This document shows, in pieces, positions 13,601-25,160 of a DNA stretch of 64,000 bases; positions within the stretch are counted from its first letter, which is position 1; every line of letters begins with the position of its first letter. The stretch is from Macrostomum hystrix (Eukaryota; Animalia; Platyhelminthes), in NCBI GenBank assembly GCA_950097015.1, contig CATNEN010000001.1, forward strand, positions 8,122,001 to 8,186,000, given 5' to 3'. Made by a program: the position numbers and the translations under genes. A model generated the notes under the pieces. The model was not told where the DNA came from and did no database searches. It worked only from the letters and a program-made list of their open reading frames with translations.

Positions 13601-16600
13601 TTACACGAGATTTTGTGTGACGGAACCTTCAATAACACCGGAAGTTAACCAATCCTTTGATTTTATAGGAAGCGAACTGCGAGAAATCCAGAAACAGTTG
13701 GACAACCTGCCGAATCCGCGCAGCGCCGACCAGGCTGCCGAGTTACTCAGCCTGAAGCGAAACGTGCTTTTCTTAGAGTTCGACGTCTGCATTCGTCACG
13801 TGCTGCCAGAGACGTTTTTGGCCAGCGGCAACATGGCTGGATACAAGGTACGTGACAATACTACTCTAATGTACTCGTAAACTACTCATCAATACTGTGT
13901 GCACAGTACATTTTACTTAGAAGGAAGGCACCAACTTTGGTTCCAACCAGTGCACACAAGTCAAAACATCCTTGTACCTGTATCGACCTGGGCACACACA
14001 GCGCGATGCAGGTATCACAGTGTTTCTTGCCTAGTGAATAGGGCGGGGGTTCGATTTCCGACTCCTCTGGAACAATTAGTATCCTTAATCAGGATACTGA
14101 ACTCTGCATTGCTTCAGTTTAACCTGCTGTTAAATGGGTACCAGCATTTTCTGAGGTAATTGACGGTGGGTGTGGCGTCCCCCAGTCCATGGACTGAACA
14201 GCCGTACGCAGCCTTCAGATACGCCGCGCAAAAGCTGCGCTTGTTCAGTCGGCTGCACATCTGACCCGATTGGGCCAGGTGTAATAAAAAATTATATAAT
14301 GGTCTATACAGTAGGACATTATCATCCCTGGGAACATTATTTGCCGAGTGCCATGTTTCTCAAATGCTGGAGCTTAAAATCTAGTACGAAAACTTCTGCC
14401 GCCCCACAGTCTGTCACCGAGAACATGCGTCAACCGCTGACGCAGTTGTCCAACGCGCAAGTGGCCTGCCTAGACTCAGTCGCCCTGGACGTTCCATCGC
14501 CGTTGGAAGCTCGCGACGCCACCGCGCAGCAGCTGTTTCCTTGGCGATCGTTCGCCAGCAGGCGCGGTCCCTACAGCAGCATGCAGTGGCAATGGTGGAC
14601 CGTTGGTTCTAACATGCAACTCTGTCTGGCTGGCTTGCGAGAAGTCGACAAGCCGACTGTACACGGCGAGCTGCTGTCGATGAGTCTTTGTCTGGAGGAT
14701 GTCGCCAAGGCCGGGGAAATTCCAGAATCCTACGCTGGCAAGCCTGTGGGCATTGAGGATCGAGAAAATTTCCTACTGATTGGCAAGAGGATGCTGGAAC
14801 GGGTGAGAAAACGGCCGGAAGATGAAGCGGCGTCATCCGCTTCGTCCACCCAGTTGATGCTCCTGCAGCAGCAGCAGCAGCAGCAAGCATCCGGTCACAG
14901 TCCGATGGTGGAACAGGCTAGAGAAGCGTGCCGCCTGCAGATTCGCTTCCTAACCCTGTGGAAGCGAGTCGATGCTTTGAAATATTTCTGGGCGCGACAC
15001 AGAATGAATGTAGCCAAAATTGATACCGTGGCACGGTATCAGCAGTTTTGGTGAGTACTTTCGAAGGAAATACGAAACGTTCACTAAAAATCTTCCCTAT
15101 GTAGAATGGGGGGTCGGTGGCAGAGCGGTTAACGCGTTTGCCTCTCGCACCAAGGTCCTTATGACGGCGAGGCCACATTTATTTGGGGCGCAGCCAAGGA
15201 GAGAAGGCTTTGGGGACTTGTCGCGCAATTTACGCCCTAGAGGGCCAACCTCCAAGGCACAGTGAAAGTGTACACTGTCTGACGATGAGAAAGTCAGGGT
15301 TGATGAACACACCTGTTTGCGTGTGTGCTCAGGAGTCAGCGGAATTGACAGAATTGCCTCCTCGCTGGCTGCGGGTTCAGTGTCATCAAATGAATCGCTA
15401 TTGCCCTACTGTAAAAAAAATTATAATACAATAATAATAATAGTAAAGAATAAAAATAATAATAATAATAATAATTGCCCGCAGAGGGGTATATCATTTG
15501 GTGACACTAGACCCGCAGCCAGCGAGGAGGCAATTCTGCCCATTTCGCTGACTCCTGAGCACACACGCACACAGATACTGTACGCAGACACACGCTCACA
15601 CAGGTGTGTACATCTGCCCTGACATTCTCATCGTCAGGCAGTGTACACTTCACTGTGCCTTGGATGTAGGACCTTAAGGGCGTAAATTGCACGACAAGCC
15701 CCCTAAGCCTTGTCTCCATGGCTGCGCCCAAATGAATGTGGCTTTGCCGTGGAATCGAACTTAGGGACCTTTGTGCGAGAGGCAAACGCGTTAACCGCTC
15801 TGCCACCGACCCTATTATTATACCTTATTCAGTAATCCAATGGTTACATGCACTTCAAGAGTGTACATAATCGACTAATTAACAATTTAATAAGCACAAT
15901 TTTCATTGACCAAATCAATTCGCGCAGCAAACTGTACAAAGCTGAGAAGCTCTACCCAATCATGCGCTCCCTGGCTCTTCAATTCGGTCAAGAGGAGCTC
16001 TGCGAGCCGGGCCCATTGCAGGCCGACACAGACGTGTTTGTTACCCCTCAGGGAGTGCCAGAGATGACCGTCAGGCAGAGACAGGTGCGAATATTAAATT
16101 CATTTCTTTCAGCGAATGTGTCTGCAACTAACAACACCGATTAGACTCTAAGTGTAATTCGGAAATTACGATTAACCCAAATAAGCTTTTGAGTGGTTCA
16201 TTGTCCTTGGTAATTACAGTTCATTCATGATCCTTCCAAATGGTTCATAATCTGTCAGAATGGTTCCTGATCCTTCAAAATGGTTCATGATTCTTCAAAA
16301 TGGTTCATAATCCTTCATAATGGTTCATGATCCTTCAAAATGGTTCATGATCCTTCAAAATGGTTCATAATCTGTCAGAATGGTTCATGATCTTTGAAAA
16401 TGGTCCATGGTCTTTCAAAATGGTTCATAATCCTTCAAAATGGTTCATGATCCTTCAAAATGGTTCATGATCCTTCAAAATGGTTCATGATCCTTCAAAA
16501 TGGTTCATGATCCTTCAAAATGGTTTATGATCCTTCAAAATGGTTCATGATCCTTCAAAATGGTTTATGATCCTTCAAAATGGTTCATGATCCTTCAAAA

Positions 16601-19600
16601 TGGTTCATGATCCTTCAAAATGTTTCATGATCCTTCAAAATGGTTTATGATCCTTCAAAATGGTTCATGATCCTTCAAAATGGTTCATGATCCTTCAAAA
16701 TGGTTCATGATCCTTCAAAATGGTTCATGATCCTTCAAAATGGTTCATGATCCTTCAAAGCTCATTTAGTCATATGAAGTTTTATTATCAAAGACTTACT
16801 AAAGTGCATGCAGAAAACTCGTATCATTAAATATAATATTACAAATACTTGTATTATCAAACTAAAACAGATTATCTGACAATTTTGAGACTTACTGAAT
16901 GGCATGCAAGCTTTAAATTTCTATCAAATATTTGCCCAATTAATTTCAGGCCGAGGTAAAACATTAAACTTTTTTAATTTTTGCTTTTTTTGTTAATGAA
17001 AAAATGCACAATTCAAATAGCAATTTTATCTACTTAGTTTTTCCACAGCACAACTGCTTTCTTTTTCGCTAGATTTCAACCCTGTGACAGATGACATTGA
17101 TCCAGTGTCCGATTGTAAATATATATTTTGGTTCCTTTCCTTAACAAATCACAGAAAGCACACAGAAAGCTTTGATTTTTCATTTATTAAAGTTTCTTTA
17201 GCACTCATCCTTTCCATAATACACTTCCATGTTTTGTTTTCCCTGCAAATTTCAACCATTTGAAATATATCTATTTCATATAGAAATCGATAAAAGACAC
17301 AAAAGTAGAAACACCACGGGGTATTGCAAACACCAACAATTTTCTATCTTATAGTCCTAAAAATTTTTCAACCAATCGCCCATGAAAATCCAGAACATGG
17401 TGCTAAATTTTACACTCTATTCTATGACACGATCTTCTTCGAAAGTTTATTAATCGTAAAGGGCAGAAATTTCGAATCCAAATGGTGGACCTTCGCAAAA
17501 ATCGGTCTTCGAGTTTAGTTTTCGAGATATCTTGAAGTAGGCAGTGGGTATTTGAAATACCCCCGTGGTTTACAATTTTTAAAGCAAAGAAACTGTCGTT
17601 TTTATGAATAAAAACTTTAGATTTGTGTAGTGTGCGTACGCACGTGAGCCAGGCCCAGGTGTACACCTGGGTCGTTTGATTGGTTGCGGAGCGGGTGGGT
17701 GTCGCCACCCCAGTTCTAGCAAGATGTAGTGTGCGTACGCACACTACAGTAATTAATTTTAATCATACAGTAAAAAACTATTTACAAGGTCAATAAATTA
17801 GACAGTGTCACCTTCCACCACAGCTCGTGAAGCTGTTGGAGTTTGTAGAGAGTCACATGATCAACGAGGTGCGCAAGCGTCTTCACCGTGAGACTGACCT
17901 GGTCATCAAGGAAAGGAACCGGGAGGAAGACAATCTGCCAACAGACTTGTGGAAGAGAAGCGTGAGTGGCCACCTATTCTCTGATTATTTTTTGTTATCT
18001 AAAAAGATGGTCCGAAAAAGGACAAAGCCCAGGGTCGGACAGCCTTTAATACCTCGCTGGCCAAAGAGAGAATCCGAATGACGAAAGCGGGCCGCATTGA
18101 CTGTAGAATAGACACGGGAGAGATGAGACATTGGAGAGATGAGACATTAGAGAGATGAGACATTGGAGAGACGAGACAGGGGAGAGGAAAAGACAGAGGA
18201 GAGGAAAAGACAGGGGAGAGGAAAAGACAGGGGAGAGGAAAAGACAGGAGAGGAAAAGACAGAGGAGAGGAAAAGACAGGGGAGAGGAAAAGACAGGGGA
18301 GAGGAAAAGACAGAGGAGAGGAAAAGACAGAGGAGAGGAAAAGACAGAGGAGAGGAAAAGACAGAGGAGAGGAAAAGACAGAGGAGAGGAAAAGACAGGG
18401 GAGAGGAAAAGACAGGGGAGAGGAAAAGACAGGGGAGAGGAAAAGACAGGGGAGAGGAAAAGACAGAGGAAAGTAAAAGACAGAGGATAGATGCGACAGA
18501 GTAGGGTATGTGTTAAAATGGGTCTGGGGCCGTATTGAGGAGCCTCAAGGGCCGCATCTGGCTCGCGGGACAGAGGTTGCTTAAAGCTAAGCTGTAAAGC
18601 TAGTTTCCTGTGCGATACATCAACAGTGCATGAAGGAGAGCTTCTCGTTGAAGCGGCCTCCATTCCTGGAAGAATTCCTGACTGCGTTGGACAAGGAGGC
18701 CGTCGAGACAGACGATGGCAAAGTGGTATTCTCAGCTGACGGACTCAATCGGTGTCTAAACCATTTGTGCATTCTGAGCACACAGAATCAGCGCGAGACC
18801 TACGAGAGCTACGCTAGCTACTATGAGAGCATTCTCAGACAGCAGCACCAGGTGCTGTACGATCGCGAGCGACAGGTGGAACACCTGCAGAACCTCATCC
18901 GGGAGAAGGAGGAGACAGTGGCTATTGAGGCACAACTGCAGATGGCTGAAACTGTGTACTCACTGCTAATGGGTAATTTCCCTAGATTTTTATATCTTAG
19001 GCAATGCAGTGGAATGACCCCTGTCACGACATTACCTACTCTTACATCTATCAAACTCTCTTGAACACGCCGCAGAGGTGACAGCTTTGCGAGCCAAAGT
19101 GAGCGAAATGCGCGAACAGACGATTCGTCAGAAGACAGAAATTCGCGACAGTGTACGCTGCGAATACAACGACCTGGTACAGAGCCTGTTTGCCTGCAAC
19201 TTTGAGCAGAAGATGCGCCTAGATGAGTACCGCAAGCACATGCTGTCGGCCACAATGGCTAGAATCTCCGATGTCAGAACCGAAGCATCCGAGGCCATGT
19301 CGAAGATTCGAGAACGGACAGCCACTTCGAGGCTCGTCACGGAGAAGGAGCTGTCTGAACGCAACGATCGACTCAGCGAGGCTCTGGCCCAACTAGAGCA
19401 GGAGAATGTGCGCCTGGGCCAGCTGATGAACCGACAAAAGGCGCTTTTCAACTGGAAGCAGACCTATGCTCGGTGAGGCTATATTCTATGGCGATTGCAA
19501 TCTGTGAACATTTTGTCGTTTAAAACGTTCGGAACTATCAGATTTAAAATATTCTATGAGCATTGCTATCGATTCACATTTAGTCATTAAAAACGTTAAG

Positions 19601-22600
19601 AAGATAAATTTAATTTAAAAAATCTATGGTCAGTGCAATCTAGGAATATTTGTGTCGCTAAAGACTTTGGGAACGTTGCATTTTAAATTTTTATTCAAAA
19701 CTCAGGTGCGAGTTCCAGAAGAAGCTGAGCGAACTGGACCAAGAGAAGGAGCAGCAACGCAAGCGAGCCACCGTGGTCGACCTGCTGTCAACTGAGAAGT
19801 CGCAGCAGTTGACCCACGAGCTCGGCCAGGCCAAGGAGTGTCTCGTGCGCACCGAACGAGAGCTCGGCGAAACGCGTCGCAAGTTAGACCGCCTCCAGCG
19901 CGACGATCAGGACCGTCGACATGCCGACGAAAGGCGCGACAGATCTGATCGACAGTTAGCCGACGCTAAGCAGCTCCACATAGACAAGCTCATGGACGAG
20001 ATCTCCGAGACGAGGCGCAATTTCCAAAGCGCGAAAGACGACCTGAACAGGAGCTTCAGAACTCAGCAGAGCATAGCCGATAAGACTACGAAACAGGTGG
20101 AGGTCCTGCGACAACAACTCAAAGAGGAGAAACGACTGAAGGAGGACGCATTTGGCAAGGTCGACAACTTGTTGTCTCAGGTGGGAAACTTAATGTTTTT
20201 AATAAAAAAACCTCTCATACTTATCTAACCATTTATCAAAGTAGCAACATAGAAATTCAGTGCAGTGAATATATCAAATATAGCGGTTAAAAAACGATCG
20301 TGTTTTTCAGCTGTCGTCAGGAACTCCGTCAGATGTGCGTATAACAAACTTTTATCAAGCAACAAAACCGTCTTTAAATTTTTGTTTCCCAGCACGATGG
20401 TGTTGTAAATAGGCCTTATTAAAAACATTTCATAAATAAAGGATCCTAAAAATGCACCCTGGCTAACATCAAAACTAATTAAACCTTTCTTAGTTATTAG
20501 TTTTCTCAAGTGATGTTTAAAACATCTAATTAAAGATTTCTGTTTCCAGTTTAAGATTTTTATTCAACGTTACATTATCCATAGACGTATAGTCCTTATA
20601 TAAAAATCTACATGTTTTTTAAGTTCTAGTTATAAATAATAAAAACAAGATGTGCGACTACTAGTAGAGTAATCAGGATTATAAAGTTTTATAGATTAAA
20701 AAATGAAAGTCTAAAAAATTATTTCTAGCAAACTATCCATTTCATTTTTATAGAATGAATTCTTGATTTTTTCCGAATGCAACATTTTGACCCGGAATTT
20801 TTCCGGATTATCACGCAAGGCAAAGTACACAAAGCGATAAGTTTTGAAGAGTGACGGAATACATTTAGGGCTCTAGACAGTAATCGTTTATGGCTCTACG
20901 GGAATTATGTACTTTAAACATCGAGTTTTAGTGCAATATCATGATCGGTTACAAATAATCGATGGACCAATTTTTGTGTCTGACGGAACCGTCTGTGTTT
21001 AAACGGAACTGAACAGACCATCTGGCTATAGGCAATTTTATTTATGGTAACGACGATGCTAAGGGGTGCAAGTGGCGGGGCTGTTAATGCGTTTGCCTCT
21101 CGCACCAAGGTCCCTGAGTTCGATTCCACAGTGAGGCCACATTTATTTGGGGCTACCAGGATAAAACTAAAAAGCGTCGAATCCCTTTTTTTTTAAAATC
21201 TGTCTCAAACAAATTAGTTTTCATTCACAATAATGTTCAGCTGACAGAAAGCCGCAGTCCATCTGTCAGATTCGCGTCAGCCAGTCCCGACGTTCAGGTA
21301 AAAATATAAATGATGACACAATAAGATTCGCCTTTGAATTGAAAATATTCGGTTTTTCACTCGCTCTTTCATTCTGTAATTTCATTTGGCACTGAAAGAA
21401 CAAACGAATTTTTTAACAGCCTTGAATCGCATCTTGCACGCCCTGTTCTGTTGCTTGAAGCTTGCACTTTAGGTCAGTTTCGATTGCGTTGGTGGATGCC
21501 CTATAAGGAGTAATTAAGGGTTTTGTGAGGCGGCTAGTGTTCTTGGCTTTCGCACTGAGGTCCCTTAGCAACGATCGAAATCTAAATGGACGAGTCACTT
21601 AGCAACGGTCGAAATATACTAGAATGAGTCGCTTAGCAACCGTCGAATCTACCAGGATGAGTCCATTAGCAACAATCAAATCTACCAGGATTGAGTCTTT
21701 AGCAACGATCGAAATCAGCAGAATGAGCTCCTTAGCAACGGTCGAAATCTACCAGGATGAGTCCCATAGCAACGGTCGAAATTTATAAGGATAAGTCCCT
21801 TAGCAACGGTCGAAATATACTAGAGTGAGTCCCGTAGCAACGGTCGAAATCAACCGTAATGAGTCCCTTAGCAACGATTGAAATCTACTAGGATTGAGTC
21901 CTTAACAACAGTCGGACCTACTCTACCTGAATTCGTGACGCAGCCGCTGTGGCTTGTCGTGCAATTTACACCCTTGGAGGCCAACCCTAAAGGCACATGA
22001 GAGTGTAGACCGCTTGACTTTGTACACACCTGTGTGAGTGTGTGCTCAGGAGTCAGTGGATAGGGCAGCATGCCTCCTCGCTGGCTGCGGGTCTACTGTC
22101 ACCAAATGATGTGACTGTTCCCGCAGCCGCTTCAAATTTTTTTTTGCGTAAGAAGAAGAAGAGAACGCGTGAAAGTCATTTAGTTTGTTCTTTTGTACCT
22201 TAAAATATACGTAAATGCCATAAGATATTGATTCTGCTACAGTGTGCTTGTCTGAGCATTCTTTGCATTTTCTTAAAATTTGTTGTCATCCAGTTTTGTT
22301 TTTGAACCGTTTTAAACGTGTCTCCAAATTGTACTACTTATATAAACTTTATTTCACAAAGCAGTTTTATAAAAGCACACATTTTCAAAATCATTTTATG
22401 ATAGCACAGGCACTACACTGCATGATGCAACATTTTTTCTAACAAATTAAAGGTACTAATAAACATAGTTAAAACCAGTATTTAATGACTGTTTCACAAT
22501 TTTTATCATTCAGGTATATGAACTCGAGTCTGTGGCGGCCCTGTCAAGAGCTCAAACTTCCATCGGGTTCTCTCAGCCATTGGCCAGTGAGTTTGCGTGT

Positions 22601-25160
22601 GTTTTATTGAATTTGGGCTAGGGGAATCCGTCAGAATTAGTATACGAGTATTTCTAGGGAATTCCCTTAACAACCATCATATGTCTCGGGGAATCCCTTA
22701 GCGACCAAGTGTATCTAGAGGAACCCTTTACTTTATTATCCGTCTATCTCTAGGGGAATCCCTTAGCAACTATCTCCAGGGGGAATCCCTTAGCAACTGT
22801 ATATCTCCAGGGGAATCCCTTAGCAACTGAATATCTACTGGATGAGTCCCTTAGCAATGATCGAAATCTACCAGGATTGAGTTCTTAGCGACAATCAAAA
22901 TCTACCAGGATGAGTCCCTTAGCAACGACTGAAATCTACAGTTTATCACTAGGGGAATCCCTTAGCAACTGCCTATTTCTAGGGGAATCCCGCAGCAACT
23001 ATATATCTCCAAGGGAATCCCATAGGTTCCACTTGCACAATAATCGGCCGTTATAAAGGCTAAAATTACAAAATTGCATTATTCTATTAAAAAAACTCTG
23101 CTATATATAGCATACAACCTAGAAAAAAAAGAATAATTACATGTAATTGATTGCATATATTGTCATCAACTGTCTCAATGTTCCATCGTTACCACGGACG
23201 AAAGGCATTCATTGACCAGGGTAGAATAACTCAATTGGTAATTTATAATTTGAGAACTTACTGGGCCAATACAGTTTTTTGGTCTCATAATTACCAATCA
23301 ATTAGTAGAATAAACAATGGCTAATATGCTGTCGACCTGAGTTTATACTGTAGTCTAAAATTTAGCCTTAAGCATACACTCGTAGGTGCAGAAAAAACAT
23401 AAGCTGTGTATACTGAGATATTAACTACATGTATGAAATTCTTAGTGACCTTATAGTCCCTTAGCAACGGTCGAAATCTACTGGGTTGAGTCCCTTAGCA
23501 ACGGTCAAAATCTACTGGGTTGAGTCCCTTAGCAACGGTCAAAATCTACTGGGTTGAGTCCCTTAGCAACGGTCGAAATCTACTAGGTTGAGTCCCTTAG
23601 CAACGGTCAAAATCTACTGGGTTGAGTCCCTTAGCAACGGTCAAAATCTACTGGGTTGAGTCCCTTAGCAACGGTCGAAATCTACTGGGTTGAGTCCCTT
23701 AGCAATGGTCGAAACCAACCAGAATGAGTCCCTTAGCAACGGTGGAATCCACCAGGATGAGTCCATTAGCAACGATCGAAGTCTAGAATTCGAGTGTCAT
23801 AAGCTCTTCAGTCACCTGCCTTGCCTATCCGTTTAGCTGACTCTCGCGCTCGCCCAGGTTCAACTCGACCAAATTCCACCCTTGGCGGCGCCGGTAGACG
23901 CAGCGCTAGCGTCACCGCCGCGGTGAGCCGACCGGTCTCTGGCGTTGGCGGCTCAGCTGGCTATGCCCCGCTGCCGCGTTGGACTCAGAAATCACTGACG
24001 CCCGATCTGCGGCTGCCACCGAGGCCGCCAACCGCATCGGCGGCGGGTCTCGGGTTGGGCGGCGCCGGCGGTCAAAGCAATGGCCAGGCCAGGCCAAAGA
24101 CTGTCGGGGTGAGTGCGGGTTGAGATGGGGTAGAGAATGGGAGATGGGGTGGGCGAATGGGAGATGGGGTGGGGGAATGGGAGATGGGGTGAGGGAATGG
24201 GAGATGGGGTGGGGGAATGGGAGATGGGGTGAGGGAATGGGAGATGGGGTGGGGGAATGCGAGATAGGGTGAGGGAATGGGAGATGGGGTGGGGGAATGG
24301 GAGATGGGGTGAGGGAATGGGAGATGGGGTGAGGGAATGGGAGATAGGGTGAGGGAATGGGAAATGGGGTGGGTACGGGTCGAGATGGGTGGGTGTGGGT
24401 CGAGATGGGGTGGGTACGGGTCGAGATGGGGTGACGGAATGTGAGATGGACGTTGCGGGTCGAGATGGGGTGTAGAATGGTAGATGGGATTAAGTTACAC
24501 AAATAGATAATAAGTGACTAAATAAGTATCTACCGAAAAAGTACGTTCGCCAAGCTAAAAGATCTAGATAGGAGCTGCAGCTTTAAATTAAAGTTATCTC
24601 TCGCACCATTGGTTGCAAGCCACAGTTAATATGAATTCGCTTCCTATAATACTATCATTATAGATAAAAAATCAATTTATCCCAACCAGGATATTTTGCT
24701 TTCCCCGGTGGGTTAAACTAAAAGATCTGCACTTATTGAGCTGAAAAACGGTAGATTTTGAAGTAAGCGGCCATGCAGAGCTATAAGCGCGGGTCTGTTG
24801 ACTCAGGTTCTCAAAATCTGTTTGCTCTCGTGCAGCTTCTTGATTGATGCCCTTCGCTAAATTCGCAGGCTTAAAGATGGGGATGCGATATCTTAGCAGT
24901 AATGATGGGATTTTTTTCTCCTTGCTTATAAAGTCAATATTATAAACCTATTTAATAATCATAAGAAAACTTTGAAGACATAGTTGACTGCCCAACCAAC
25001 GGCAGAATGGCCAAAACAATAAATGAATTTCACATTCACACAGGCCTCTGGTCAACGATTGCGAGCTAAACTAGCTGAGCAGCTTCTGTACAACATTGAG
25101 CCTGATCATCACACCACACTGATGCAGCTCAAGGATGCCAGTACGACGAGTGTTAATTAG
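1626..25160 (+). CDS. CCDC162: Giant multi-exon coiled-coil protein, CCDC162-like (5' end lies upstream of window); ~1,990 codons in window
   Basis: Phase-consistent AG/GT-bounded exons: 1626-1963, 3065-3457, 5009-5146, 5716-5950, 6220-6530, 7504-7732, 8769-9133, 10479-10572, 10660-10814, (10935-11012), 11576-12130, 12578-12804, 13669-13847, 14410-15050, 15928-16084, 17824-17961, 18627-18972, 19076-19472, 19706-20180, (21241-21297), 22514-22586, 23837-24108, 25044-25160 (TAG). They splice into one open frame. Motifs YLHLRHLKTRDLKRTCLSYLNYFRSVERT, ENFDDFYTHEEGRVHVRD and EAYHNTFDRDEKRSLAQ recall CCDC162 homologues from memory, so the name is tentative; the exon structure is firm. C-terminal heptad-rich coiled coil. 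Confidence 0.8.
1995..2910. repeat. 24-bp pyrimidine-rich minisatellite (CACCTGTCTCATCTTTCACTCTCT)n
   Basis: Direct reading; intronic; 240-bp higher-order duplication (2101-2280 repeated at 2341-2520). Confidence 0.97.
3548..4920. repeat. 16-bp minisatellite (TAGATAGATGATCCCC)n
   Basis: Direct reading; intronic. Confidence 0.97.
5200..5685. repeat. 20-bp minisatellite (GACAGAATGAGTTTCTGTTA)n
   Basis: Direct reading. Confidence 0.97.
5985..6200. repeat. Degenerate ~17-bp minisatellite (CCTACCTCTCAATAATC)n
   Basis: Direct reading. Confidence 0.85.
7030..7380. repeat. Degenerate ~20-22-bp minisatellite (CACCTGTTAGATA...)n
   Basis: Direct reading. Confidence 0.85.
7847..8560. repeat. 18-bp minisatellite (CTAATCCACAGATAATCC)n
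   Basis: Direct reading. Confidence 0.93.
9301..9670 (+). mobile_element. tRNA-derived SINE family A, near full-length
   Basis: A-box (TGGTAGAGCGG) and B-box-like (GTTCGTTTCC) head, shared ~280-nt body and (ATT)n tail; more than 12 related copies in the window. Confidence 0.85.
9673..10228. mobile_element. Non-autonomous DNA transposon (MITE-like) flanked by TTAA
   Basis: Ends CAGTAGGACTACCAAG / CTTGGTAGTTCAACTG (14/16 inverted match); TTAA on both sides; internal ~58-bp inverted repeat 9727-9784 / 9868-9925. Confidence 0.65.
14023..14284 (+). mobile_element. SINE family B copy (head partly deleted)
   Basis: Colinear with 55022-55313 from the B-box to the 3' end. Confidence 0.8.
15108..15392 (+). 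mobile_element. SINE family A copy
   Basis: Same head and body as 9301-9670, with internal deletions. Confidence 0.85.
15475..15813 (-). mobile_element. SINE family A copy, tail-to-tail with 15108-15392
   Basis: Reverse complement has head GGGTCGGTGGCAGAGCGGTTAACGCG...GTTCGATTCC, full body and (ATT)n tail. Confidence 0.88.
16220..16760. repeat. 20-bp minisatellite (TGGTTCATGATCCTTCAAAA)n
   Basis: Direct reading. Confidence 0.97.
17313..17569. mobile_element. MITE family C (TIR ~CACGGGGTATTTCAAA), short copy
   Basis: ACCACGGGGTATTGCAAA ... TTTGAAATACCCCCGTGGT; interior homologous to copies at 29330, 37748 and 51047. Confidence 0.7.
17626..17748. mobile_element. Small palindrome-ended MITE-like element
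   Basis: Begins TGTAGTGTGCGTACGCAC and ends in the perfect 24-bp palindrome TGTAGTGTGCGTACGCACACTACA. Confidence 0.5.
18110..18490. repeat. 17-bp purine-rich minisatellite (GGGGAGAGGAAAAGACA)n
   Basis: Direct reading. Confidence 0.95.
21062..21152 (+). mobile_element. SINE family A 5' head
   Basis: GCGTTTGCCTCTCGCACCAAGGTCCCTGAGTTCGATTCC...CCACATTTATTTGGGG. Confidence 0.8.
21558..21920. repeat. 34-bp minisatellite (GAGTCCCTTAGCAACGGTCGAAATCTACTGGGTT)n, diverged array 1
   Basis: Direct reading; period ~34. Confidence 0.9.
21938..22130 (+). mobile_element. SINE family A 3' body
   Basis: CGCAGCCG...GGCTTGTCGTGCAATTTAC...CCTCCTCGCTGGCTGCGGG...CCCGCAGCC. Confidence 0.8.
22620..23020. repeat. 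Related GGAATCCCTTAGCAAC repeats, array 2
   Basis: Shares the CCCTTAGCAAC core with the 34-bp unit. Confidence 0.85.
23455..23790. repeat. 34-bp minisatellite, homogeneous array 3
   Basis: About 10 near-identical units with period 34. Confidence 0.95.
24120..24490. repeat. 20-bp G-rich minisatellite (GAGATGGGGTGAGGGAATGG)n
   Basis: Direct reading. Confidence 0.95.

Noticed and set aside
15270-15300. Hammerhead-like CTGACGA...GAAA...GTC in SINE A
   Set aside because: No room for stems II and III, stem I does not pair, and the core varies between copies (CTGACAA, GAAT). It is the top of a simple hairpin.
23021-23454. Possible transposon interrupting the 34-bp array
   Set aside because: The ends (ATAGGTTCCACT / AGTGACCTTAT) are only loosely complementary and no second copy is visible.
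21558-23790. CRISPR-like regularly spaced repeats
   Set aside because: The intervening sequences are near-identical rather than unique spacers, there are no cas genes and the context is eukaryotic.
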